Shown here: positions 13,292 through 26,192 of the stretch, in pieces
How positions within the stretch are numbered: position 1 is the stretch's first letter
Layout: each line of letters starts with the position of its first letter
Assembly (NCBI RefSeq): GCF_036321535.1
Contig: NC_087437.1
Span: forward strand, 12,092,001 to 12,156,000
Length of the DNA stretch: 64,000 nucleotides
Origin: Camelus dromedarius
Taxonomy: Eukaryota
Direction of reading: 5' to 3'
The notes under the pieces: generated by a model
Databases searched by the model: none
What the model was told of the DNA's origin: nothing
Seen by the model: the letters and a program-made list of their open reading frames with translations, nothing else
Position numbers and translations under genes: made by a program

Positions 13292-13530
13292 GCACACTGG
13301 CTCTACAATTTATCAACCTACCATTGGACAAGTAACTTAACCTCTTAATGCTTTGGTTTAATCTATTACATGGGGATAATGAGCATATCTGTCTCACAGC
13401 TGTTGGGAAGATCGATTGAGCTTATATATATATATAAATAATATAAAATGTATTTATATAAATCTGAATTTATGTATGTGAGGTGCATAGGAAAGTATCT
13501 GGTAACTGGTTAATGTTATATAAATATTCC
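13292..13530 (+). mobile_element. MIR SINE
   Basis: MIR core-like ggacaagtaacttaacctct...atggggataat...ctcacag; interrupted by an AT-rich tract. Confidence 0.65.
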
Positions 13531-14534
13531 CTATTAATAAACTATGATCACGTTAGACCAGTAAAAGATCCTTTTATATAAACTTACTGGCTTTGCAGTA
13601 TTTGAATTGATGTAATGATTCGATTTTTGGACGTTCAGTCATTTCTGACTTTTCTGTCTGTAAGTCATCCTCCTTCTCACACCTCACAGCCTTTGCTTAG
13701 CTTTGTTCCTCTTTGTCCTATAACCCTGCTTGAATTATTCTCCTAAGGATGCAGGGCTATGATACAAGAAAAATAAAAACACGCCACTGAGATGAAGTTC
13801 ATTAGGAATAGTTACAGGGTGTTTCTAGGAAAGAAAAGCAGAACAGACATGAGACATAGTCAGGCCAGCTTGGCAGGGAAGACTCAGCACATCAGAGTGG
13901 ACCCGCGACCAAGGGCAAGTTATTACTATGGCACTAAAACTCCAAATTAAAGCCTATTGTTTAATCAGAAATAACACCGGTAATGAGGAGATGGTCTTCT
14001 TCCCTCTTGTCACTGCTGTTGTGAGGTATGTATTAGCACTGGTACCCGTTTTTTGTCAGTTTCATAGATATTTCATGTATTATGACAGGGAGTACAGCTA
14101 AATGTTTTAATGGAGATAAATACAAATACTCACTAACATGTCCAACATTGATTTGGTACTCTCTGTGTATCAGGCACTCATAGGAGCAGAAAAAGGAGAC
14201 AAAATCCTACCTTTAAGGGACTTATAATTAGTTACAATAAAATATGATCTTTGCCAGAATAAGGGTATTTTCTAAACAAAGTTTATGGGATAAGGGGGTA
14301 AGGAGCCACTCCTTGTCTGGGGGGAGATATGAAAGGATATGTGGCTAGCAGCCAAGGAAAAGGCTCGTGGAAGCTGCGTTCCATTTTCATTCATGGGACC
14401 TGTACTCCTGGAACCGTGTAGTTTGTAGCGTGTATGGTATGGCAGCAGCTTCAGGCTACCTGTTGGCCACAAAATTAACCTGAGAAATCAGACTGGCCTC
14501 ATCAGAGCCAGGCAGTCATGCCTGGTAGCAGAAG

Positions 14535-14900
14535 GTATGTTTTGTTGTGATGACAAATAAACCCAAATCCCAGTGGCTGAATCTGCAAAAAGTTCTGTCT
14601 CACACACGAAGTCTAATGTAAGTTCCTCCACATGGAGCTTCAGGGATCCAAGCTTCCTCTGTCTGATGATGCCAGCATTTCAGCACATCACAGCAGTAAA
14701 GGAAGAGAGAGCAAGAAGCTCGCACGTTACGATTTTAACTTCAGGGCTTCATGTGACTTCATCCTCCCAGCTTTATCTAAGTGGCCAGAAGGCAGTCACT
14801 TACCCAACCTAACAGCATAGGTCTCTGGAAATACATTCTTCCTGTATGCCCCAAAACAGAAAAATTAAATGGAATTTAGTGAAAACAGAGCATTGTCATT
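14535..14900 (-). mobile_element. Old MaLR/ERVL-type LTR fragment
   Basis: tgtgatgacaaataaacccaaatcccagtggctgaa...tcagggatccaagc pattern typical of old MLT1/LTR33 elements. Confidence 0.45.
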
Positions 14901-15460
14901 CTGCATCTCAACGTTTAGATCCCCGAGACACAGTCCAGCCTCCTCCACTCACTCTGAATAGTTAGCCTTTCCCAAATTTTGGTGTGTGAGGGCTGAGAGA
15001 ACTGAAAAGTTTAAATAGTTTAATTGCAGTTTTATGATATTTATTAGATGTGAAAATCAACAAGGAATTTTTTTTAGAGTTGTATAAACTGTAATTCTAT
15101 CACTATGACTCTTCAAACAATGATGGAGCAATTCTCTCTACTTGATTATTTTGAATTCTAATTCTCCATGCCTGTTTTTTGGGGGTGGGGGGCAGCTTTC
15201 CCTATTTAGCCAATGGAAATTCCACTCTGCTAGTCATTCAGGTCAAAATCTTGGGGTCATCCATGATTCCTTTCTTTTTTTCTCATACCCCATATCTAAG
15301 GAAATTCTGTTGGCCCTGCTTTCCTAATATGTTCAGCATCAAACTACTTCTTACTGCCTCTGCTACTAGCAGTTAGTCCAGAACACTAGGTCTCCTGCAT
15401 CCCTGAAATAGTCTTCTATCTCCCTGCTTCCATCCTTGCCCTCCCTGTCTCTACCTTGCC

Positions 15461-16136
15461 TGTATCAATTATCTGTTTCTGTGCTTTAAAACAAACATTT
15501 ATCAGCTACATCTCTGTGGGTCAGGGATTCTGCAGCAGCTAAGCTGGTGGCTCTGCCTCAGGGTGTCTTATGAGGTCACAGTGAAGTTGTGGACCAGGAC
15601 TATAAGGCTTACCTGGGGCTGGAAGATTGGCTTCCAAGGTGATTCACTTAAATTGCTGGCAACTTAATGCTGGCTCTAAAGGTTAGTGCTGGCTGAGAAA
15701 GCTCTCTGGAGAGCTAAGTATCCTCACAACGTGGTAGATGGTTTCCCCAGAGCAAGCAATTCAACAGAGAATGAGATGGAAGCCACAGTGTCTTTTATGA
15801 CCCAGCCTTGGAAGTCACACACCATCATTTCCACAGTAGCCTGTTGTCTACATGTGTCAGCCTACTTCACTGGGGTAGGGGACTACAGAGGACCTGAATA
15901 TAGTTCTCCCTGAGTATCCACTGGGGGGACTGGTTCCAGGACCCCTTCCCCATTCTAAAATCTGCATATGCTCAAGCCTATTACATAAAATGGCCTAGTA
16001 CCATTGGCCTTCCGTATCCCTGACCAATTTGATCTGTGATTGGTTGAATCCACAGATGCAGAACCCATAGACAGGGGACAGGCCATATGTGCTTGAGGCT
16101 GGGAACACTGGGGAAATTTGGAGGCTGGCCACTATG
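15461..16136 (-). mobile_element. MaLR LTR (MLT1F/G/H-like)
   Basis: tgtatcaattatctg...ctgtgggtcagggattc...ttttatgacccagccttggaagtcacacaccatcatttccac. Confidence 0.7.
15901..16089. mobile_element. MER2-like (TcMar-Tigger) MITE
   Basis: ccctgagtatccactgggggactggttccaggacccc...ggttgaatccacagatgcagaaccca; preceded by TA. Confidence 0.8.
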
Positions 16137-16989
16137 CTCCCTAGGGTCTATTCTTTACCCAGCAGTCAGAGCAGCCTTTTGAAATCTACGAATCAGATTG
16201 TGTCATTTCTCTGTTAAACACTTTTCAATGGCTTCCCATTTTGTTCACCATAAAAGTCAAGGTCCTGGAAGGCTCATTACCACCTCCCTGACTTTACCTC
16301 CCACTCTTTACCCCTTTCTCATATACTGCAGCCACACTGGCTTCCTTGCTTTTAGCACAGGAAAATGGCAGCCCCACCCCAGGGCTTCTGCACTCCCTGT
16401 TCCTTTACCAAAAATGGTCTTCCTTCAGACACCCAAACTGTTCACCCCTCATTTTCATTTGCTGTCTACTTCAACATCATATTATCAAAAAAAGCCTTTC
16501 CTCACCCCCACTTTATCTTCCTCCAGCATACTCTTTCCCTTTACCCTGCTTCTTTTATATTCACAGCACTTATTATAATATTTTAGCTTGTTTCACTCCC
16601 TAAAGTCAAGCATGCTTTATAGGAACAGCCATTTTGTCTGTTCTCTTCCTACCTTATCTCAGTATTTGTAAGTCTGCCTGGTATACTGCAGTTTAAACCA
16701 TAATAACTTGCCATAAACAATTCATCTTATGTTAGTTTAATTAGATAAAATCTTGTCTTTAGGATCTCAAATAAGGAAAACCATACATTTTGCCATGAAT
16801 GGCTGTGGAACTCCAACTTCTTTAATGGTGGTGTGTTTTAAAAACAAAAACAAAAAGTGTCTTTTTATTTTTCTGCATTGTCTCTGGTCTTTAGCTTGGA
16901 AACCCCAGAGTTTGTGTTGCATAAGACTTTGGAAATGGTATTGTTAGAGGTAAATGTTATGCCTTGTTTCTGTTTTTAAAATGATGAGA

Positions 16990-18865
16990 GATACAAGGTT
17001 AACGTAAAACAGTCAATTGCTTTTCTATATACCAATGAACAATGAACAAGTGGAAACTGAAATTAAAAACACAATACCATTTATATTACCACCCCTCCAA
17101 AAAAAAGAAAGAAAGAATTGGGCATAAATCTAACAAAATATGTGCAAGATCAGTATGAGGTGAGCTACAAAACTCTAAGTAAAATCAAAGAAAACTAAAC
17201 AAATGGAGAGAGATTTCATGTTCTTTGATATATTTCATGTTCTCTCAATATTGTCAAGATGTCAATTCTTCCCAAATTTATCTGTAGATTCAATGCAATC
17301 TCAGTCAAGATCCCTGTAAGTTATTTTGTCAATATCAATACAGTGATCCTAAAATTTATACGCAGAGGCAAAAGACCCAGAATAGCCAATACGATACTGA
17401 AAGAAGAACAAACTTGGAGGACTATGCAACTTCAAAACCTACTATAAAGCAACAGTAGTCAAGACAGTGTGGTACTGGTGAAAAAACAGACACATAGATC
17501 AGTGGAACAGAATAGGGAGCTCAGAAACAGACCCACGTGAATACAGTCAACTGATTTTTGACAAAGGAGCCAAGATGATACAATGGAGCAAAGACAGCCC
17601 TTCAACAAATGGTGCTGGAACAACTGGACATCCACATGCCAAAAAAAAAAATATCCAGACATTGACTTTATATATTTCACAAAAAATACCTCAAAATAAA
17701 TTATAGACCTAAACATAAAACATAAAATTATAAAAGTTATCCTAGAAAATAACAGGAGAAGAGCCTGAAGACTTTAGGTATGGCAATGGCTTTTTAGATA
17801 CAAAACTGAAGACATAATCCATGAAACAACTAAATGACAAATTGGGATTCATTAATAATGAAACTTCTGCTCTGCTAAAGATGATATCAAGAGAACGAAA
17901 AAAGCCATAGACTGGGAGAAAATATTTGGGAAAGACACATCTGCTTAAGGACTATTATCCACAATATACAAAGAATTCTTAAAACTCATCAATAATAAAA
18001 ACAACAACAGCAAAAGCAATTAAAAAATGGGCCAAAACCCTTAACAGACTCCCCACCACGAAATATATACAGATGGCAAATGAACATATGAAAAGATACT
18101 ACACATCCTCTATCTGCAGACAAATGCAAATTGAAACAATGAGACAGCACTACACAGCTACTGGAATGGCCAAAACCCAGACCACTGACAATACCACGTG
18201 CTGACAAGGATGTAAAGCTGCAGGAACTCTCATTCACTGCTGGTGGGATGGTACAGCTACCTTGAAAGACAGTTTGGCAGTTGCTTATAAAACTAAATAT
18301 GCTTGTATAATATAATCCAGAGGTGCTCCTGGTCATCTACCCAAAGGAGTTGAAAACTTACATCCTTTTAAAAATCTATACACAGATGTTTCTAGCAGAT
18401 TTATTTGAAATTGCCGAAAACTTGGAAGCAGCCAAGAAGTCTTTCAGTGGGTGAATGGATAAATAAACCATGGCACATCCAGGCAATGGAATATGATTCA
18501 GCACTTAAGAGAAGGAGTTCTCAAGCTTGGGAAGTCATGAAGGAACCTTAAATGCTTATTATTGAGTGAAAGAAGCCAATCTGAAAGCATAACATGCATA
18601 CATACTATATGACATTTTGGAAAAGGCTAAACTATGGAGACAGTAAAAAACATCAGTAGTTGCTGGCGGGGCAGAGCGTGAGAGTGTGGAGCAGGAATGA
18701 AAGTGGGGGACACTGAGGATTTTTAGGGCAGTGAAAATACTCTGTGTGCTACTATAGTGATGAAGACAGGTCATTATTTGTCCAAACCCACGGAATGCAC
18801 AACAACCAGAGCGAACCTTAATGCAAACTATATAGATTCTGGGTGATGGCCTGTCAATGTAGGAC
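16990..18865 (+). mobile_element. L1MC1-like LINE-1, ORF2 3' half plus 3'UTR, decayed
   Basis: ORF 17259-17447 (MSILPKFICRFNAISVKIP...KFIRRGKRPRIANTILKE) is L1 ORF2-like; the 3'UTR has ggaaccttaaatgc...gaaagaagccaatctgaaa...gaggatttttagggcagtgaaaatactctgt. Confidence 0.9.
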
Positions 18866-20545
18866 AAGTAATCATCAAGAAGGATTCAATGTTTCTATTT
18901 CTGGTTTAATCAAGGTCTAAAGGCCTAACCTCAGGCAATAAGGGGGAAAAAATGATGGTTTTGAACATGGATTTTTCTTCTTCTCTATGTCCCTTTAGTT
19001 GAGACCCTCTTACTCCCGAAGCAGGCATCACGCCTTGGAGTTCTGTTTTGAATTTTGTGGTTTGAAGTAGTTAGATTTATAAATTCACTAAATAGTAAGA
19101 ACTTTTTTCAATAAAACCAAATGATTTTATGTCCTAGAACTCCTTACGTGGAAGGGAAAGGTCAGTCATTTAATGTCCTCTAATGTGATATCTAGTAATA
19201 ATCCATAGCATTTATGGATTTTGATTTTCTACATCATCTAAATAAGAAGGAGCATGAATAGTGCAAAGAATCCTGAAAGGAATATGATTTTCAGCCTGGA
19301 GTTTGATTTATATTTTAACTTTTAGCATCTACCAAGCTCAAAAGGTGTAACACAAATGCAATGATGCTTAAGAAACCTGCAATAAAGCAAAAGGGCATGG
19401 GCCTGAATCTTCTATTACCATAAATAGGAAGGCAAAGGAAATTGCACCATTTGCCCTTTGATCTTACCCAACTAGTGGAAGCCACTGAAGGGCTCCCAAT
19501 TAATAAAGAATGCTGCTCTAAATGTGGGACTCAGTGCTGATGACCAAAATCACACTGCATTTTTCTGAAAGCAGTGCATGCATTTGTTAGAACACAAAAA
19601 TAGGAGAAAGAAAGAAAACTCTATGAAGTACCAATAAGTGCTGGTTTAGTAAACCTCACGTTTCCCCTGTGCAAAAAATATGACTCCCAAAAGTCACCTT
19701 TGCTCTGTGGTTTAGGGCTCAAAGATGCTTTAATCTTCATGTCTGATTCTAACATTTTAGGTTCTTTGATGCTTTGTAATCTGTGCTGTATCTTTGTGGT
19801 AGAGTGGTCCGGAATTGGGGTTAGATGATAACAGTTTGATTCCACACCTTGCCATAGATTCAGGGATCACCTTGGGCACATTATAGCACCTGGAAAGTTG
19901 TACCACACTGGCCATTCTATGCCGAACTCACAAGGCTTTCATGGGTTTGTTAAAATAGGGTAGTATGTATAAGGCCCTAGCATAGCTTTTGACATATAAA
20001 ATGCTCTGTTTTCTCATTTTAGTTGAATCTTGAAACCTCATACTAGAAATTTATATTTGTAGCTCTTGTAAGAGGTAATCTACACATAGACCTCGATCTA
20101 CAGGCTGAAATACAGCTCATACAAGTTTTACTTTGATACCACGGAGTTTTTAAGAAGTGTGAATTTAAATACTTTTGGATGGGCTGTGCACATCTTAGAG
20201 TTTCCAGTGGACCCTTTCATCCCCTATAACTTTGTTATTTTGGGGTAGACGGCCATCTTGAGACTCTCTGATCCTCCCAGTTCCTCTTCCCCACAAATCA
20301 CTGCTACTCTGAGTTGTATCACCATAGGTTCCTTTCACCTGCCTTGCTACAGGAGCTTGGTCTCTCAGGAGTAGCTGCCTTCTTCTCATCATTTTAGTTT
20401 CTCAAGAGTACTGCTTAAGAGTCTTTGAATGTTTTGAGGGGGAAGTTGATGTAGAATATTAGGCTTCCCTCAGGGTGGTTCCTTCTTGGTCCTTCAAGTC
20501 CTGGCTACCTTGGTACTTCTCTAATGCCTTGAAACAAAAGATGGT

Positions 20546-20692
20546 CACCATCATCATCACCATTACCATCATCATCCCCATCACCACCATCAACATGACC
20601 ATCATCACCATCAACATCACCATCATCATTACCATCACCATCACAACAATTAACATAACCATCATCACCATCAACATCACCACCATCATCAT
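20546..20692. repeat. Imperfect (CAT/CAC)n trinucleotide repeat
   Basis: Direct reading: caccatcatcatcaccattaccatcatcatc... Confidence 0.95.
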
Positions 20693-23082
20693 AAATGTTT
20701 TATCCAGCTTTGTGAGACCTTGTCAGCAAAAAAATTTGATTTTCCTGAAGTCTACCATTTCCAAAACCATCTCTCTCTCTCTCTCTTTAACCCTGTCTGA
20801 TTCACACGTTTATTGACAGCCTGACCCTCAAGGCATCTGATACAGACACTCCCAATGGTAAATAGTTTGGTCATGTGAACAATGACATTTCTCCTTTATA
20901 TGTTTTTCAAATTTATTTTTATGTCTCAGTTTTAGGTTTTCATTATATTGAGCTTTTACTAGTAAAAGATCATGTTACAATTGAATCCTAATTGTAACAA
21001 GTAGTAGCCTCTTCACTGGTTTTTAATTTCTGAAGATTTGATATTTCTAGTAATCCTGAATTTGTTTCAGAGTTAAATGAAATGAAATCTTGCCCAGAGA
21101 AGCAATGTGAGTGTTAAGAAGTCCCTAATGGAGATCAGGAGACCAAAAGTAGGCTTTGCCATGATCAGTTGGTGTCCTTGAGAAAATCATTTAACTCTGG
21201 GTATATTTGCTTAACTACAAAATAATAGCTCTAAAATTCTATGACTCTGAGAAAGACCATGGATATTGGGGTGAGGCATAGAAAGATTGACAGAAGATAC
21301 TTATTTACTTGGGTCTATAATTTTGCAACTGAGTTCATGGAACACTTTTTAAAAGTAATCATATATTTCATTTTTTTACATTAAAATATTCCAGTAATTT
21401 ACAACATCCACAGTCCTACTTAAAACAATCATGACCTTAAGTCTCTTTCCTTTTACCCTGCAATCCTCCTCACAAATAAAAATGGGTAATTATCAGCATA
21501 AAAAGTCCAACATGGTGGCTCTAGTTCGAAGCTCTAACGAGAGAGTTATTTCCAGACCTCTAGTTTCCAGTCATCCCCTTACGAATAGGAGTCTCCTGAC
21601 TGGTGGGAGGGACATCTTCACTCACATTTTTCATTGGTTCATTGCTGGCAACCACTACAACTGCGAGGCACCCCGAGCCTGAGTCTCCAAGAGGTCCCAG
21701 CCTCAACCCCACCAGAGCTGACCCTTCCTTCACCAGGTCTCGCTTGCCAGCTTCTGGGATCATGAGTTGGGATAAGCCTTGTTCCCGAAGGCTCAGAATG
21801 GGGTTGGTAAACATGCTGTTCTGTCTGGAAAGGTCAAAGTGGAGTGACTGTGGTGTCAGGGTTAGGGGAAGCAGGGGAAGGGAGACAGGGAGGAAGGAAG
21901 GGATAATTTATCTGAACCCAATCTGAACCTTTAAGCAGTTCAGCTCAGGGACAGCACTGACGTCAAAGCTGTTTCTTATTTTAAAAGAGCCAGGCTGTGT
22001 GATTCAAGTAGCCCCTCTTACCGTCTGCCAGTCCAAAGTGCCGGGTCATGACCCCTTGGCAGATTGTTCTTTATAACCTTTGCTCAGGTAAAGGTTTTCC
22101 TAGGTTACTTACCCTTTCTTTCTCTTGTAAGGTAGGGTTCCAATACCGAGGGCCAAAGGACAGAGGAACTAAAGAAAACCTTAACAATCACATCAAATGC
22201 GTTTTATATTCTCACTCTATCAGGTTCCTGATCTTAAATAACAGCCTCTCCGACAGGGATTCCATTAAGTTTGCCCTCCCCAAACTTAAACTTTCCTTTC
22301 TCTGCCCTGTTTAAACTAACACAAATAATAATGAATTTTTTTCAATTCATTAAATCTGATTTTAAAGAATTGCTGTGACAGTCAGTTTTATACCTGTGCT
22401 TGCACAAGATTTAAAAAAAAACCCTATTGTATAATTATAATACACAATAAACCTGATATGTGAGTATGTCAAGCCTTGGAAAGTATGATTTTTTTACTTT
22501 GCATGCAGACTTTTAGTTATATAACATAATATTCCCACCATTTTAAATCTTTGTTCACCACTATGTTTGGCACCTTTGTTTTCAGAACAACAGATTATTG
22601 CAGGGATTCAGGTTTAACCAACATTGGAGAACCTTCCATCTGAGGTGGGCATTTTCATTTAACCCTTTCATCCCTATGAATAAGTTTATGATGTTTTTTG
22701 TTCTTCCAGAAGAGCAAACTGATGCTAAGGAGGTTTTGTGATTTTCCCAGAGTCACTGTTCTTCTAGGGCCTTCACGAACTTCCCTGATCCCTCTCTGGT
22801 CAGGATTAAATCACTCCTTCTTTAAACTCACACAAAATACTGCGAGTGGTTCCCCTTGATATTTTTGCAGTTCTGCCTCATCTTATCATCTTTCTAACCA
22901 TCTCTCTCTCCAGTCTTCTCTCTTTCTCAACCTCTGACCATGAAGAGCAAGGCTTTGTGTTGTTTCCATGCCCCCCTCAAAGCCCAGTGCGCATCACACC
23001 TGTTTGAAATTAGGACTCTTTATGTCTCTTGAGTTGAATCAGGTCAATCTATGTCTATTCTGTTATTTTTTGTTGAGTCTTT

Positions 23083-23385
23083 CATTCAGCAAGTATCTAT
23101 TGAATGCCTGGAAAATGCCTGGCTAGGTGCTAAGGATAGAGAGATAAGTAAGTCAGACAGAAATTCCTGCCTTCATGGAACTTACATTCTAGTGAAGAGA
23201 AAGAAGCAATAAACACAACAAACAAGTGAATTATGTGCTATCAGATGGGGATACAGTGCTGAGGAGAAAAATAAAAAAGGTAACAGGGAAGTTGGCAGGA
23301 GGTTGCAGTTTCAAATGGAGTGGTCTGGCTGAGAAGGAATGTTTGAACAAAAGCTGACAGAGGTGAGGGAGGGGGCTGGGTGTAT
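23083..23385 (-). mobile_element. LINE-2 fragment
   Basis: cattcagcaagtatctattgaatgcc...gctaggtgctaaggata...cctgccttcatggaacttacattctagtg. Confidence 0.8.
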
Positions 23386-23494
23386 ATACAACTGACTTTT
23401 TTTAAATTAATGTGAATTTAAAACAAATTTTTAACAGTGAAGTGAAACTTTTGGGGGATTTCTCCTTCTTGTTTTAGATACATTTTAAAAAAAT

Positions 23495-23660
23495 ATTAGA
23501 CTAGAAGGGACCTTAGGAATTATCTTGTCCTTCCTCTTCTTTCTCCATTTTATAGATGAGGAAACTGAGGCTCAGAGAGATCAAGTGCATGACTTTCTTT
23601 GCTGGGCCCTGGACTGACCAATGAAATCGTGGCAGCTTACTAAAAAATCCAGTTGTGCTT
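23495..23660 (-). mobile_element. MIR SINE
   Basis: ctagaagggaccttag...ccattttatagatgaggaaactgaggctcagagaga. Confidence 0.8.
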
Positions 23661-24339
23661 TCAGATCCAAGTCATTCTTCCATCCATCCATCCATCTTAC
23701 TCTGCAAGCTCTTATCTTATGCCTCTTCTGGCAGTATCTCAAGCCTAAAAAGAATGTCAAAGAAACTGATGTGTCCTTTGTGGACTTTGAAAATCTATGG
23801 AAGACCAGCCCCATAGCTCAGAGTCAAGTCTATCTAAGGCAAACTATAAGCAACAGTATGAATTCAAATTAAGAACATAATCACTAAGGCATGGCGCTGA
23901 TCAGAGAGCTGAATCTTGACCAAGTACCTAGAGGAAAGAAGCACCATTCTGGGGAGAGAGAAGGCCATTCATTCCGAGCAAAGGACACAGGAACCCTTAA
24001 TGCTAATAGGGAAGGGAGGGCTGACATCACCTGAGCTGCATTGGAAACCCCACACTGAGAAATAGTGACAAGTAATTCCCATATACATACAAATTTAATG
24101 TCAGTGGAGAAAGCAAGCTTTACCTAGTTTCCAGCTTGGGCAGAGTAAATGTCTGCATGTCTCCATGACTCTGGATTATATTGGCCCAGTTGAACACTGA
24201 ACAGGAAATCAAAGGTACTTCAAAAGTGTCTTGATGCATATGTTAAATATTCCAAGCTGATATTAACATCCTAAAGTATTATTAATGTGCAGGAAATCTG
24301 TTTTGATTTTTAAAGAAGTTTGTTTTTTATTGATAAGAA

Positions 24340-24515
24340 ACTGGTTCACAAACCGAGCTGACAAGCTGAGTCACCTGGGAAATGTTTGAAGAGCTATTCC
24401 TTTGTCCCACATTCAGATGTTTTGATTCAGAAGGTCTTGAGAAGGGCAGCAGAACAAGTATTTTTAACAAGCTCCACATGAAATCAGATAATCAGCCAAC
24501 TTCAGAAATTCCCAG
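24340..24515. mobile_element. MER5-like hAT MITE
   Basis: tggttcacaaacc...gagtcacctgggaa...tgattcagaaggtct...tttttaacaagctcc. Confidence 0.55.
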
Positions 24516-25873
24516 TATGTAGGGCTCAGCATTGCATAGGACTATTACCTGTTCTCATCCACGTGTTAGAAACTTGAATGATATACTGATTTCAATTTTA
24601 ACTGTCTTATTTCACATGAAAGGCCTTAAGAAGAACATGTCCTGTATCACTGCTTCCGCAGGTTGGCATATTTTGACTTTCTAATGAATGAGCTTCTAAA
24701 TGTTGTTTGAGGTGATTTAGATTTCTTTTCCCTTAGGTTGTAGGAAAAATGAGATGCTTTATCTTTTATTTCTAGGGGAAAAGGAATTTATACAAATAAC
24801 ATGATGTACAGAGTCTGTGCTCATAAAATGGTATAATTTGCTTATTCCATTTTGGAAATGAACAAACATGTACATTAATAATATTTTGGGCCCTCCTGAA
24901 GAATGGTAATAATGAAAAAGTCAATTCCATAGATCAAATGAGAGGTACCTGGTATAGTGTCTGGTATGTTAGTTAGGATTCCTAAATCATTTTTAAAAAT
25001 TGCTATCATTCATTGTTTTAAGAATTTCCTTGATGTCTTCCTCAGGTCGAGACCTAAGTGGACTGAACACCCATAATTGGTGTGTATGGAGGAAGGACAG
25101 GTGGGTGTGTAGGGGATCTCAGCAAACCATTTCATCTGCTCAGACCCTTCTACTGCCAACCCTGTTAGTTCTGCTCAAGTCCTCGTCCACTTGAGTCAAT
25201 ATAGTAGCGTGTTGCAAACAGTGTTCCTTTGAGGAAATGACCAAATAGTTATGTTAGATCTGGAGTCAGGTCAGAGTTTAAGAAAAACTTGGATGTGAAG
25301 ACTAGCATTTAATTCTGCTTACGAATCTCAGAACTACCTCAGATCCTTAGATCAACCAGGGAACCACAACCTGAGATGGCACAGATGAAACAGCCAGTGG
25401 TCCTATGCAGTTCCTTTTACTTAGCTGGCACATACCTAGCCTATGTCTGCTGCCATCACTGGTGTGACTGAATTTATACTGAGCCATTGTCCCAGTGTGT
25501 TGTATCTTCCTCATTATTCCTGACCATCTCACCTTCTGACTTTGTGATTCGCTCTCCATGTTTCTGTCCTTGCCCTGCCAAGAAGACCTTTAAGCTTGGG
25601 GCTGTTTCATGGGCCCTGACCTCTGAGTTGGGCCCTTAACTCCTTTTGCCCGCATCTCATTGACAATAATCAGAGTCAGCCACTGGGTTAGTAAACTCTC
25701 ATCTAGTTCTTGTACGAGAATCAAGCACAATACAACCCAGAGCCTGAAGGTAGCCTTGCTGAGCAGTGCTATTGGAGAAGTAAGGACTGGAAAAAAGAGG
25801 GACCAGATGCTGGTCAGTTCTCTCTTACTCAGAGCTCCAAGGTTCAGGTGGGAGCTAGTGCCTCCTCTCCTGT

Positions 25874-26170
25874 CTGTGTCATTCAAGATTGTTCCCACGA
25901 TAAGCAACACAACTAAAACTGACTTCAACATAAAAGAGGACTTCTTGAATCAAAAAATTAGGAAGTCCAGGATAGGTTTAGGCTCAGGAATGGTCTTGTT
26001 GAGGTGCCTAAATGATATGTCTGGACTTTGTCGAACTTTCTCCCTCTCTCGGCTCTGGGTTCTCTCCATTCTCAGGCAGGTCCCTACTCGTGTGAAAATG
26101 GCAGCCAGCAACTCTAGATGTACATTTTGTGCCCTTATCACTTCAAGCAGAAACAGAAAACTTTTTTCCT
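25874..26170 (-). mobile_element. Old MaLR LTR fragment (MLT1J/K-like)
   Basis: aactaaaactgacttcaacataaaagagg...ctccattctcaggcagg...aaaatggcagccagcaactctag. Confidence 0.45.
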
Positions 26171-26192
26171 GCTTGCCATGTGGCTTATGTCT

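Larger units (their letters stand above)
15200..16690 (+). mobile_element. LINE-2, split by nested insertions (L2 parts about 15200-15460 and 16140-16690)
   Basis: caggtcaaaatcttggggtcatccatgattcc...; resumes cagcagtcagagcagccttttgaaa...tcagattgtgtcatttctctgttaaacacttttcaatggcttccca. Confidence 0.8.

Noticed and set aside
20459..20816. Met/Val-rich and Thr/Ile-rich ORFs resembling membrane or antifreeze-like peptides
   Set aside because: They are translations of the (CAY)n simple repeat.
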